Positions 35,201-49,300 of a DNA stretch of 64,000 nt are shown piece by piece (position 1 is the first letter of the stretch; every line of letters begins with the position of its first letter). The position numbers and the translations under genes were made by a program. This DNA is from Balanoglossus misakiensis (lineage: Eukaryota > Animalia > Hemichordata): assembly GCA_040954595.2 (NCBI GenBank), contig CM082589.2, forward strand, positions 11,792,894-11,856,893, read 5' to 3'. The notes under the pieces are model-generated. The model was not told where the DNA came from. It saw only the letters and a program-made list of their open reading frames with translations, and did not search any database.

Positions 35201-38200
35201 AACGGCCTGTTTAAATTCGGGCTTTCTCTATAAATTGACAGGCAATAATGCAGTCCTACCCGAACAAATGTCGAGTGTTGACCCGCTGTGACTTTCCCTC
35301 TTCGGTTTGCCCGACTTAGCCAACGTCTTTGTACTAGAGTGTCGGTTCTTTTGCAGAGCCAGGCCGAAAGAAATCCGACTTGATCACCGTTGCTAACGAA
35401 CGCTAGTGTCTGTCATGGTGTGCCGGGGTTTTAGTCGAGCCAGGCTGTAGGAGATCTGACTTGATCATCGTGGTCAATGTACGCGTGTTTCCGCTCTAAA
35501 GTGCCGGGGCTTCAGCTAAACCAGGCCGTAGGAAACCCGACGTGATTACCGTTGTTAACTTACGCCAGTCTGTGTCCTATATATAGTGCCGGGGCATCAG
35601 TCGTGCCAGGCCGAAGGAAATGTGAGGAGATCAACGTGGTCTCTGTACGCGTGTTTCTGCTCTAGAGTGCCAGGGTTTTAGCTAAGCCATGCCGTAGGAA
35701 ATCTGACTTGATCAACGTTGCTAACGAACGCTAGTGTCTGTCATAGTGTGCCGGGGTTTTAGTCGAGCCAAGCCGTAGGAGATCAGACTTGATCAACGTT
35801 ACCAGTGTGCAACTGTTTCTGCTCTAGAGTGTCAGGGTTTTAGCCGACTTATGCAGTAGGAAATCTGAGTTCATGAACGGGAATTCAATGTTAGAAAACC
35901 CGTGTGGAAAGTATCTCTACCCGTTTGAAACTAAGAAAAGAATTTATTCTTATTTATTTTGTAAAAAAGACAATTTTTCGAAAAAAAGTCGAAAATGGTA
36001 ATTTTGTCTTGGGTGATTCAAATTATACCGCCTTTTCTGGAATTTGCCGCACTTTTTACAAGAGAAAGACACTTCATACTCCATAATATTTCCGAAAATG
36101 AAGAAAAGAGTTAATTTTTTATGATTATTTAAAAATTTACCATTTTTGTCAAAATATGGCCAAAATGGCTATTTTTTCTTGAATTCCGTCAATATCTCTG
36201 CATTTTTGGAGTGGTCGAAAGTTTTAACATACAATCAACATGTCATATATGATCAGGGCACCAAATTCGAAGAACAAAGGTTTTTTTTCTTTCTTTTTTC
36301 TTCTAAAAATGACATTTGCAAGGAAAATTTGGTAAAACGCAATTTTGTCTGCAGTGAGCCAAATTAGACGGTCTTTTGTGGAATTTGTATCGATATATAC
36401 ATACGAAGAGCATTCTATACTCCATCAGATTTCCGAAAATGTAGAAAACAGGTATTTTTTGTAATTTTCAAAAATTTACCATTTTGACCAAATTGTGGCT
36501 AAAATTGTTATTTTCGTGTTGAATGCCGCCAGTGTCACTGCTTTTAAAAGTCATAAAAACTTTTAACATACAAGCAATTGTTTATATATGATCAGGTCAC
36601 CGAATTAAAAAAATAAAGAATGTTTTGCCTAAAATGACCTTTTTGGTGCAGAAACGAATAAAACGCAATTTTGTATTAAATCAGCTCATTCAGAGTGCAT
36701 TTTTTATAATCAGCACCATGTTTACATATAAAGGAAATTTCATACATCATCAGATATCCAAATATGAAAAAATGATTTAGATTTTAGATGATTGTCCAAA
36801 ATTAGCTGATATCTAATAAATGTAGTATTGAACCGTTCTGTTCCCCCCCCCCCCCCCCACTACATTATATGCGGTACGCCGATGTGAGCTTACCCGGCAG
36901 TACTGCAGACCGTGCCCCCAACTAACGTCGGTGTTTGAAGCGCCCTGGTTAAATTCGGGCTTTCTCTATAAATTGACAGGCAATAATGCAGTCCTACCCG
37001 AACAAATGTCGAGTGTTGACCCGCTGTGACTTTCCCTCTTCGGTTTGCCCGACTTAGCCAACGTCTTTGTACTAGAGTGTCGGGTCTTTTGCAGAGCCAG
37101 GCCGAAGGAAATCCGACTTGATCACCGTTGCTAACGAACGCTAGTGTCTGTCATGGTGTGCCGGGGTTTTAGTCGAGCCAGGCCGTAGGAGATCTGACTT
37201 GATCATCGTGGTCAATGTACGCGTGTTTCCGCTCTAAAGTGCCGGGGCTTCAGCTAAACCAGGCCGTAGGAAATCCGACGTTATCACCGTTGATAACTTA
37301 CGCCAGTCTGTCTCATATAGAGCTGGTGCACCAGCCGAGTCACGCCGTAGGAAATCTGACTAGATCAACGTGGTCAATGTACGCCTGTTTCTGCTCTAGA
37401 GTGCCGGGGCTTCAGCTGAGCCAGGCCGTAGGAAACCCGACGTGATTACCGTTGTTAACTTACGCCAGTCTGTGTCCTATATATAGTGCCGGGGCATCAG
37501 CCGTGCCAGGCCGAAGGAAATGTGAGTAGATCAACGTGGTCTCTGTACGCGTGTTTCTGCTCTAGAGTGCCAGGGCTTTAGCCAAGCCATGCCGTAGGAA
37601 ATCTGACTTAATCAACGTTGCTAACGAACGCTAGTGTCTGTCATAGTGTGCCGGGGTTTCAGTCGAGCCAAGCCGTAGGAGATCAGACTTGATCAACGTG
37701 GTCTCTGTACGCGTGTTTCTGCTCTAGAGTGCCGGGGCTTTATCCAAGCCATGCCGTAGAAAATCTGACTTAATCAACGTTGCTAACGAACGCTAGTGTC
37801 TGTCATAGTGTGCCGGGGTTTCAGTCGAGCCAAGCCGTAGGAGATCAGACTTGATCAACGTGGTCTCTGTACGCGTGTTTCTGCTCTAGAGTGCCGGGGC
37901 TTTATCCAAGCCATGCCGTAGAAAATCTGACTTGATCACCGTTGCTAACGTACGCTAGTGTCTGTCATATTGTGACGGACATTTAGCGGAGCCAGGCCGT
38001 AGAAAAATCGACTTGTTCAACGTTACCAGTGTGCAACTGTTTCTGCTCTAGAGTAACTGGGTTTTAGCCGACTTATGCTGTAGGAAATGTGAGTTGATGA
38101 ACGGGAATTCAATGTTAGAAAACCCGTGTGGAAAGTATCTCTACCCGTTTGAAACTAAGAAAAGAATTTATTCTTATTTATTTTGTAAAAAAGACAATTT

Positions 38201-39946
38201 TATCGAAAAAAGTGGAAAATGGTAATTTTGTCTTGGGTGATTCAAATTATACTGCCTTTTCTGGAATTTGCAGCACTTTTTACAAGAGAACGACACTTCA
38301 TGCTCCATAATATTTCCGAAAAAATAAGAAAAGAGTTAATTTTTTATGATTTTTTAAAAATTTACCATTTTCGTCAAAATATGGCCAAAATGGCTATTTT
38401 TTCTTGAATTCCGTCAATATCTCTGCATTTTTGGAATGGTCGAAAGTCTTAACATACAATCAACATGTCATATATGATCAGGGCACCAAATTCGAAGAAC
38501 AAAGGTTTTTTTTTTTTTTCTAAAAATGACATTTTCAAGGAAAATTTGGTAAAACGCAATTTTGTCTGCAGTGAGCCAAATTAGACGGTCTTTTGTGGAA
38601 TTTGTATCGATATATACATACGAAGAGCATTCTATACTCCATCAGATTTCCGAAAATGTAGAAAACAGGTATTTTTTGTAATTTTCAAAAATTTACTATT
38701 TTGACCAAATTGTGGCTAAAATTGTTATTTTCGTGTTGAATGCCGCCAGTGTCACTGCTTTTAAAAGTCATAAAAACTTTTAACATACAAGCAATTGTTT
38801 ATATATGATCAGGTCACCGAATTAATAAAATAAAGAATGTTTTGCCTAAAAATGACCTTTTTGGTGCAAAAACGAATAAAACGCAATTTTGTATTAAATC
38901 AGCTCATTCAGAGTGCATTTTTTATAATCAGCACTATTTTAACGTATAATGGAAATTTCATACATCATCTAATATCCAAATATGAAAAAATGATTTAGAT
39001 TTTAGATGATTGTCCAAAATTAGCTGATATCTAATAAATGTAGTATTGAACCGTTCTGTTCCCCCCCCCCCCCCTACATTATATGCGGTACGCCGATGTC
39101 AGCTTACCCGGCAGTACTGCAGGCCGTGCCCCCAACTAACGTCGGTGTTTGAAACGCCCTGGTTAAATTCGGGCTTTCTCTATAAATTGACAGGCAATAA
39201 TGCAGTCCTACCCGAACAAATGTCGAGTGTTGACCCGCTGTGACTTTCCCTCTTCGGTTTGCCCGACTTAGCCAACGTCTTTGTACTAGAGTGTCGGGTC
39301 TTTTGCAGAGCCAGGCCGAAGGAAATCCGAGTAGATCAACGTGGTCTCTGTACGCGTGTTTCTGCTCTAGAGTGCCAGGGCTTTAGCCAAGCCATGCCGT
39401 AGGAAATCTGACTTGATCATCGTGGTCAATGTACGCGTGTTTCCGCTCTAAAGTGGTAATTTTGTCTTGGGTGATTCAAATTATACCGCCTTTTCTGGAA
39501 TTTGCCGCACTTTTTACAAGAGAAAGACACTTCATACTCCATAATATTTCCGAAAATGAAGAAAAGAGTTAATTTTTTATGATTTTTTAAAAATTTACCA
39601 TTTTTGTCAAAATATGGCCAAAATGGCTATTTTTTCTTGAATTCCGTCAATATCTCTGCATTTTTGGAGTGGTCGAAAGTTTTAACATACAATCAACATG
39701 TCATATATGATCAGGGCACCAAATTCGAAGAACAAAGGTTTTTTTCTTTTTTTTTCTAAAAATGACATTTTCAAGGAACATTTGGTAAAACACAATTTTG
39801 TCTGCAGTGAGCCATATTAGACTGTCTTTTGTGGAATTTGTATCGATATGTACATACGAAGAGCATTTTATACTCCATCAGATTTTCGAAAATGTAGAAA
39901 ACGGGTATTTTTTGTAATTTTCAAAAATTTACCATTTTGACCAAAT

Positions 39947-42900
39947 TGTGGGGAAGTATCGTGGCAGTGATCAATACTCCCGGGAGGGGGTTCGAGTATA
40001 CTGACGTTGGAAAAGAAGCGAACGATTCAGTGCTAGGTAAAACACTGGTTTATTACCATCTGAATCGAACAACAAAGTAACACCACAGAGCTCCTTACAA
40101 AATGCTGCCCGAAAGCGCCAAAACTGGGTTATATATAAGTCCCACGAACTCCGGAGCAAACACTCAAAAATTACAATAAATCTGCTACAAGTATAAAGTT
40201 TGGCGGGAAACAAAGTCAACTCTGATAGGGTAAGAGTTTCCGTCACGTGATCCTTCTGGAGTAAATCTCTCACTTCTCCATATTCTCCCCCGCGCAAAGG
40301 AAAGTCTCGAAAATCGTCAGAAAAAAAACATCAAATAACATGAAATATGATTAAAGTCACCTAAAGTGTTCAAGGATAATAAACTAATGTTCATTGTGTC
40401 AGTAAACATGATAACAGTCACAATGCGATCGAAATTGTTTTCCAATTTCAAAGTCAAACAGAGAGATCCGCTATTCGTACTCGAGCGGCAACTGCAGAGT
40501 CTCTGAGAGGTCGTCTCGGGGGTACAACATCCGCCTTCACCGAGGAATCTTCAGAGGCGCCAGCTGTGTCGACTGTTTCAGTATTCGTGTTGGAATCTGC
40601 TCCAATACCTGTATTATCTCCAGACACAGTTGACAGCTCCTTGGAGACAACTTCCAATGGGTACAATTTATGGATAGGTCGGTTTGTAGGACCACCTGCG
40701 GTGTTCAACTCCGCAGATCGTACCAGTTTATCATTACCGAAGATCAACCTTGTTACAGTTCCTAAATGCCATTTCGGACGTTTGTCAGTGTCACTGTGTA
40801 TTATCACGACATCTCCGACCTTGATGACATTATCACGAGTTCCTTTGGTGGGATGTCGTTCACGTAGGGCAGTCAGATACTCGGACGACCATCTTCGCCA
40901 AAATTGATCGTGTAATCTTGATAGATGTTCATATCTTTTGTTGATTTCACGATTATCACAGTAAGATGGGTCAATCACCTCTTCGTCGGTGATCTCGATG
41001 TACGGCAATGAGGTCAGTGTCCTGCCATGTAGCAAGTGATTTGGGGTCAATCCAATGTTGTCGTTTATACTGGATGACACGTACGTTAACGGCCTGTCGT
41101 TTAAAACGGCTTCAATTTCAGTCACAACTGTTGCGAGTTCATCAAAGGTTAGGTAAGCTCGACCGAGAGTTTTCCTAATAGCGTTCTTTGTCAAAGCAAT
41201 CAGCCTCTCCCAGAAGCCACCAAACCAGGGCGCGCGCTTCGGTATAAACGTCCATTGTACACGATGTGCGGCGAGAAAGTCATTTACTTCTGGCGTATCA
41301 AACAGTGTTTTGATTTCATTGGCAGCCGATAAATAAGTCGATGCGTTGTCTGACAGCATCCTACTCGGCAAAGAACGTCTCGCGGCGAATCTTCTGAACG
41401 CGTGCATGAACGTCTGGGTTGACATATCAGGAACCAGTTCTAGGTAAATGGCACGCGTCACCGCACAGGTGAATAAACAGATATAGGCTTTGGCACGTGT
41501 CCCATCTTTGGCCTTGGTATAAAGATGACCCGTGAAATCCACGCCTGTTACAGTAAATGCTGGGACAATGTTCACTCGATAACTTGGTAGCGGCGCTTGC
41601 ACTGGATTCGCGTAAGGTTTCCCGGTAACTTTGTTGCAAATGACACAACCACGTAAGACACCGCGTACAACAATCCGAATTTTGGGGATCCAATATCTTT
41701 GCCTTATCTGTGTCACTGTAGATTGGACTCCCTGGTGAAGCGTCAGTTCGTGTGATTTCCGTATTATCAAATTTGTCAATTTATGATGCGAGGGTATCAA
41801 GGCGGGAAATCTTGTGACGAAATCGATCGGCGCGTTATGGATTCTACTCCCACAGCGAAGTACGTCTTCTTCGTCAACAAATAAGTTCAGTTGTCGAACA
41901 ATGGGCGCACATGTACTCAAGTTCAATTTCACAGACTGGATTTCGGCGTCATAGAACTGCCGTTGAATATGTTTAACCCACATATTTTCCGCTCGGTGCA
42001 GCTCATCAGAGGTAATTCTCCCGTGTTTCACCTCGGTAGATTTTTTCATCCGTGCGATGAATCTGAGGACATAACTTGTCACTCGTAATAGCCTATCCAA
42101 GTTGTTGAATCTGGAAATGTCAACAACGTGTTGAATTCCGTAGTCATTGGGACTGGTAATTTCCAGATTTTCGCGATCTGTACATCGTCTGGCTTTGGGG
42201 GGAGCGAGTATTTCTGCGTTCTCGGTAGACTGATCGTTGATTCCGTTGCCGAAACGCAGCGGCAATCTGTCCGTCTCATCTGGTTCGATTGCGGTATGCA
42301 TCACATTAACATCAAACGCTGGGCAACTAGGCCAATCGCTTGTCTTTAGCCATGTTGGTCCATTACGCCATAGTTCAGAGCGTTCCATCATTTCGTAGGT
42401 TACCCCTCTGGTTAAAAGATCAGCTGGGTTGTGTTCTGATGGGCAGTATTTCTTTGTGGACTGAAATTCGCGAATTTCATCTACTCGATTCTTCACAAAC
42501 ACCGGAAGTCTCTTCTCACTGTTCAGCCAGTGAAGGACAATTTGGCTGTCACTCCATAAATAACAACGAACTATGTCATATTTGGAGGACAGGGCTTCTT
42601 TAGCGTACTTGCTGAGACGTGTGGCTATTAACGCAGCCATCAATTCCAGTCGTGGGAGTGTAGTTTCAGCCACTGGTGCGGTTCTAGTCTTCGCCATCAC
42701 AAACGACGTTTGCTGTCCTCTTTTCAAATACACTACTGCCCCATACGCTCTCTGGCTTGCGTCTGCAAAGGCGTGTAGCTCGCATTCATTGTCGCCTTCA
42801 AGTTCATCAAAATATTGTCGTTCGATCTTCGTGTTTTGCGAGTCTTTGAGATCTTCTGCGATGTGCATCCATTGAGTGTAGAGATCTGCGTTGATAGGTT

Positions 42901-45900
42901 CATCCCAGTCTAATTCCAGTTTCCATAGTAACTGAATGAACAATTTGGCTTTGATCATTACAGGGACGAGAAATCCAAACGGATCAAATAGCATCGCCAC
43001 ATAGCTGACAATGTCACGTTTGGTCACGAGTTCGGCACGCGACGACATATTAACCACTTTAGAGTAAGTCAGATTTTGTTGACCACTGCATTCCCAAAAC
43101 GGATACATCTTCGGTGGGTTCGTTCAGATTGTCACATGTAGCGAGTTCGTTTATTTGTTGACAGTTGGAAGACCATGCTCTGAGTTTGAATCCGCCTGAT
43201 GTCATCAACTCATTGGCTTCATGGTAGTATTTCATGGCATTTTCTGCAGTATCAACTCCATCGATCACATTATCCACATAAATATTATTTCCCAATCTGT
43301 CAGCGGTGGGAAGTTGACTATTGTTCTCTAAATGCGTCTTGATAACCGCATTGAGGATGAATGGGGAACAGACTGCTCCAAACAAGACAGACTTAAACTG
43401 CAAAGTTATGAAGTCACTTTCTGGGTCGTTAATGTCCGACAGCCACAGAAATTTCGTGAATTTCCTCTCATCTTCTTCCAACCGAATGTTCAGGAATGCT
43501 TTCTCAATGTCAGCTGTGAAAGCAATGTTATTGGCGCGGAATCACAGCAGAATCGCTGGCAGGTCATTTATTAATGACGGTCCAGTTTGCAAGCAATCAT
43601 TCAAACTTGGATAATTAGAATCCTTCTTACAAGAGCAATCATAAACGATGCGAATGGGTGTTGTGGTCGAATTCTTAACCACCGGACGATGTGGCAAATA
43701 GTGTCCGATATTCACGTCATCTTCGTCAACCTCTTCGATGAAGTCGCGACGTCTCTGTTCATTGATTATGTCGTCATATTTCTTGATGAGTTCAGAGGGT
43801 AACCTGCGTATCGTATTACGCGTGCGTTTCATGGCGACATCGTAGTTGGTGGGTAGTGGAGGGTGATCTTCCTTCCACGGTAGTTTAGCTACGTATTTTC
43901 CTCGGTCAACTCTCAAGTGCGTGTCTCTGTAAGACTCGTACGTCAACTGTTCATCAACTGTTGGATTGTCCTGAATACCGATCAATTCAAGGTCCCACAT
44001 ATTTTGGACCTGTGGTTCTCGGCCGATCGCAGTACTATCCATCGGTGTATACATGTCCGTTGCGCGATCTCCATGCAGTCCGTTGATAGAGTTCTCTGAA
44101 ACTACGTTACTGGTATCAGCAGTAGAAATCACATGTAAGATATGCGCATTAGAATCCACTTTGGGAGTTCCGAGGGGTCCGGAGAGTAAGTATCCAAATT
44201 TGGATGACACAGCAGTGGGGCCGGACGCGCCAGAAATAACGTGTGAGCCCACGAAATTCCAATATTGGTCGGCTCCGATTAGAACATCAATTGGCCACGA
44301 CTGATCACTCGAAACTGGATGTGCGAATGGTAGCCCTTTCAGGTGGCTCATATTGTGGACTTCCTGAGAAATGTGATTTGTTAAGTCCGACGATATCTCT
44401 GGAATTATCATCGCGTGAATAGCATGAGCAGTTAGTTCGGTGAATCCCATGGTGCGTACTTTGGAGTCCTTGCCACCGAAGGTCGATAACTTTATGTGTT
44501 CGTGCCGCGTAGCTTTCGCGGACAGCTGACGGGCGAATCTCTCAGTGACGAATGTCTTATTTGCTCCTTCATCAAACAGGATGACGGCATGTATGGGGGC
44601 TCCCCGTCCGACAGACAGTGGTACAAACGCAGTTTTCAGCAGCACTGGCCCAGTGTTTATCTTCTTATCCGTAAATGTATCGGTATTAGTCAATGTTACT
44701 TTGACATCAGAAGTACTTGATGATGGCGATGGCGAGGACGACGCTCCGGTTGGCGTCGTTGTAGCGGTGGGAACGTCGTAGTGTAGCGCAGAGTGCAGGA
44801 GTATTTTGATTTACACTCCGCAACTCTATGTTTTCCAAAGCAATTAAAACATAGTCTGTCCTTCTTCACAATGTCCAGTCTCTCGCGCGTATCAGTTACC
44901 ACAGTGCAATTTGACGCGAAGTGTGACCCTTTGCAGAACGGGCACGTTTTGACAGGGGCGCGAAACTTCTGTTTACCTGTCATCTGCGTTTTCGTGTGAA
45001 ACGCGGTTATTTCCGGTTCTCTGGTAGTGGCCATTGTTATCTCGTCGACCCGGTTGCCGGCTTGAAGGGTGTTTATCTCGTGTTGAATGGCTTTTCGTAG
45101 ATCTGCTAATGTCCACGCAGCATTACCATGTTTTCTTGCTATCTGCTCTCGAATGTTAGGAGGTAATTTCTCCCGTATTATTGGAACCAAAGTTCGCCGT
45201 ATGTGGTTTCCTTCTTACCCAGCGACTGAAGACCTCGAACGTGATTTTCAATCGAGTAGTAGAAATGCCTTAAACTTTGTACGTCGGCGGTTGGGCTTTG
45301 TAGATTCCACAACGCGGTCATATGAGCATCTACTATGAGATGGGTTTGTCCGTATCTTTCGGTCAATAAGTCAATCGCGTGCGTGAGTGGCAATCCGTTG
45401 ATTGTTCTCGCTGCTTCATCTTTGAGTACACTCCGCAAATACGTAAACTTCTGAATGTTGTCCAAATTAGTGTCCGAAGGTATCGAAGACTTGAATACAT
45501 CGAAGAAACTCGACCATTCTATTACATTGCCTGAGAAAGTTTGCAGCTGGAGTTTCGGTAGAGTTACTGTTTTACGAGGCGTCGCGTTGCCGAGGCTGCT
45601 TCCCGTTACATTACCAGTACTAGTAGTAGTTGTCCGCATCTCCGATTTGTTTTTCTTGATGAAAGATGCGATGCGATGATTGTGTTCGAAGATTTCGGCC
45701 TGGTAGTCGCCTGAAGTTTCATTTTCTTCGTCAAAGTGTTCATCGTCAATTAGATCGAGGATTCTCACCTCGAGGTCGGCGAGTAGACGGATCTTGTTCT
45801 AAAGTTGTTCGTTCAGCCCTTCCAGCGTGTCGAGTGTAGTCGGCTTGTCTGTACCGACGTCTACGAAATTGTTCATGAGGGTGTCGGCCTTGTTGAACAG

Positions 45901-46393
45901 TCGGGTCACTTGTGCGCGTTGACCACGACGCGATCTCTTCAGTTTTGTCAACGCTGTTGGCTGATCCTCTTGTTGTCCATCTTGTGGCGCGATGTGTTCT
46001 TGTTCCGACATCTTGCTCTGTTATACTGGTCTCGGCACCAAAAATGTGGGGAAGTATCGTGGCAGTGATCAATACTCCCGGGAGGGGGTTCGAGTATACT
46101 GACGTCGGAAAAGAAGCGAACGATTCAGTGCTAGGTAAAACACTGGTTTATTACCATCTGAATCCAACAACAAAGTAACACCACAGAGCTCCTTACAAAA
46201 AGCTGCCCGAAAGCGCCAAAACTGGGTTATATATAAGTCCCACGAACGCCGGAGCAAACACTCAAAAATTACAATAAATCTGCTACAAGTATAAAGTTTG
46301 GAGGGAAACTCTGATATCAACTGATATCAACTCTGATAGGGTAAGAGTTTCCGTCACGTGATCCTTCTGGAGTAAATCTCTCACTTCTCCATA
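39947..46393 (-). mobile_element. BEL/Pao LTR retrotransposon, family 1, copy B
   Basis: LTRs lie at 39947-40282 and 46045-46393, the latter with a small internal duplication. The TSD is CAAAT (39942-39946 and 46394-46398). It is near-identical to copy A but lacks the LINE. Confidence 0.97.
40454..46011 (-). pseudogene. BEL/Pao gag-pol of copy B, disrupted
   Basis: It encodes the same protein as copy A. Stops occur at 45799 and 43542, and frameshifting deletions at ~45190, ~44795 and ~43070. The RNase H-integrase portion is open from 40454 to ~43070. Confidence 0.95.
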
Positions 46394-49300
46394 CAAATTG
46401 TGGCTTAAATTGTTATTTTCGTGTTGAATGCCGCCAGTGTCACTGCTTTTAAAAGTCATAAAAACTTTTAACATACAAGCAATTGTTTATATATGATCAG
46501 GTCACCGAATTAAAAAATAAAGAATGTTTTGCCTAAAATGACCTTTTTGGTGCAATAACGAATAAAACGCAATTTTGTATTTAATCAGCTCATTCACAGT
46601 GCATTTTTTATAATCAGCACCATTTTTACATATAATGGAAATTTCATACATCATCAGATATCCAAATATGAAAAAATGATTTAGATTTTAGATGATTGTC
46701 CAAAATTAGCTGATATCTAATAAATGTAGTATTGAACCGTTCTGTTCCCCCCCCCTACATTATATGCGGTACGCCGATGTCAGCTTACCCGGCAGTACTG
46801 CAGGCTGTGCCCCCAACTAACGTCAGTGTTTGAAACGCCGTGGTTAAATTCGGGCTTTCTCTATAAATTGACAGGCAATAATGCGGTCCTACCCGAACAA
46901 ATGTCAAGTGTTGAACCGCTGTGACTTTCCCTCTTCGGTTTGCCCGACTTAGCCAACGTCTTTGTACTAGAGTGTCGGGTCTTTTGCAGAGCCAGGCCGA
47001 AGGAAATCCGACTTGATCACCGTTGCTAACGAACGCTAGTGTCTGTCATGGAGTGCCGGGGTTTTAGTCGAGCCAGGCCGTAGGAGATCTGACTTGATCA
47101 TCGTGGTCAATGTACGCGTGTTTCCGCTCTAAAGTGCCGGGGCTTCAGCTAAACCAGGCCGTAGGAAATCCGACGTAATCACCGTTGATAACTTACGCCA
47201 GTCAGTGTCATATAGAGCCGGTGCACCAGCCGAGTCACGCCGTAGGAAATCTGACTTGATCAACGTGGTCAATGTACGCCTGTTTCTGCTCTAGAGTGCC
47301 GGGGCTTCAGCTGAGCCAGGCCGTAGGAAACCCGACGTGGTTACCGTTGTTAACTTACGCCAGTCTGTGTCCTATATATAGTGCCGGGGCATCAGCCGTG
47401 CCAGGCCGAAGGAAATGTGAGTAGATCAACGTGGTCTCTGTACGCATGTTTCTGCTCTAGAGTGCCAGGGCTTTAGCCAAGCCATGCCGTAGGAAATCTG
47501 ACTTGATCAACGTTGCTAACGAACGCTAGTGTCTGTCATAGTAAGCCTGTGTTTTAGTCAAGCCAAGCCGTAGGAGATCAGACTTGATCAACGTGGTCTC
47601 TGTACGCGTGTTTCTGCTCTAGAGTGCCGGGGCTTTATCCAAGCCATGCCGTAGAAAATCTGACTTGATCACCGTTGCTAACGTACGCTAGTGTCTGTCA
47701 TATTGTGACGGAGATTTAGCCGAGCCAGGCCGTAGAAAAATCGACTTGTTGAACGTTACCAGTGTGCAACTGTTTCTGCTCTAGAGTGTCAGGGTTTTAG
47801 CCGACTTATGCTGTAGGAAATCTGAGTTGATGAATGGGAATTCAATGTTAGAAAACCCGTGTGGAAAGTATCTCTACCCGTTTGAAACTAAGAAAAGAAT
47901 TTATTCTTATTTATTTTGTAAAAAAGACAATTTTACGAAAAACAGTCGAAAATGGTAATTTTGTCTTGGGTGATTCAAATTATTCCGCCTTTTCTGGAAT
48001 TTGCAGCACTTTTTACAAGAGAACGACACTTCATGCTCCATAATATTTCCGAAAATGAAGAAAAGAGTTAATTTTTTATGATTTTTTAAAAAAAATTACC
48101 ATTTTTGTCAAAATATGGCCAAAATGGCTATTTTTTCTTCAATTCCGTCAATATCTCAGCATTTTTGGTGTGGTCGAAACTTTTAACATACAATCAACAT
48201 GTCATATATAATCAGGGCACCGAATTCGAAGAACAAATACAGCTTTTATTAATTGTTTTTCTAAAAATGACATTTTCAAGCAAAATTTGATAACATGCAA
48301 TTTTGTCTGCAGTGAGCCAAATTAGACTGTCTTTTGTGGAAATTGTATCGATATATACATACGAATGGCATTCTATACTCCATCAGATTACCGAAAATGT
48401 AGGAAACAGTTATTTTTCGTAATTTTGAAAAATTTACCATTTTGACCAAATTGTGGCTAAAATTTTTATTTTCGTGTTGAATGCCGCCAGTGTCACTGCT
48501 TTTAAAAGTCATAAAAACTTTTAACATACAAGCAATTGTTTATATATGATCAGGTCACCGAATTAAAAAATAAAGAATGTTTTGCCTAAAAATGACCTTT
48601 TTGGTGCAATAACGAATAAAACGCAATTTTGTATTTAATCAGCTCATTCACAGTGCATTTTTTATTATCAGCACCATTTTTACATATAATGGAAATTTCA
48701 TACATCATCAGATATCCAAATATGAAAAAATGATTAAGATTTTAGATGATTGTCCAAAATTAGCTGATAACTAATAAATGTAGTATTGAACCGTTCTGTT
48801 CCCCCCCTACATTATATGCGGTACGCCGATGTCAGCTTACCCGGCAGTACTGCAGGCCGTGCCCCCAACTAACGTCGGTGTTTGAAACGCCCTGGTTAAA
48901 TTCGGGCTTTCTCTATAAATTGACAGGCAATAATGCAGTCCTACCCGAACAAATGTCAAGTGTTGAACCGCTGTGACTTTCCCTCTTCGGTTTGCCCGAT
49001 TAGCCAACGTCTTTGTACTAGAGTGTCGGGTCTTTTGCAGAGCCAGGCCGAAGGAAATCCGACTTGATCACCGTTGCTAACGAACGCTAGTGTCTGTCAT
49101 GGTGTGCCGGGGTTTTAGTCGAGCCAGGCCGTAGGAGATCTGACTTGATCATCGTGGTCAATGTACGCGTGTTTCCGCTCTAAAGTGCCGGGGCTTCAGC
49201 TAAACCAGGCCGTAGGAAATCCGACGTAATCACCGTTGATAACTTACGCCAGTCTGTGTCATATAGTGCCGGTGCACCAGCCGAGTCACGCCGTAGGAAA

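Larger units (their letters stand above)
24918..39946 (+). repeat. Uninterrupted run of ~8 macrosatellite units
   Basis: Poly-C landmarks lie at ~25270, 27320, 29290, 31175, 33145, 35110, 36845 and 39065. Spacings of ~1.74-2.2 kb differ roughly by multiples of 81 bp. Confidence 0.97.
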
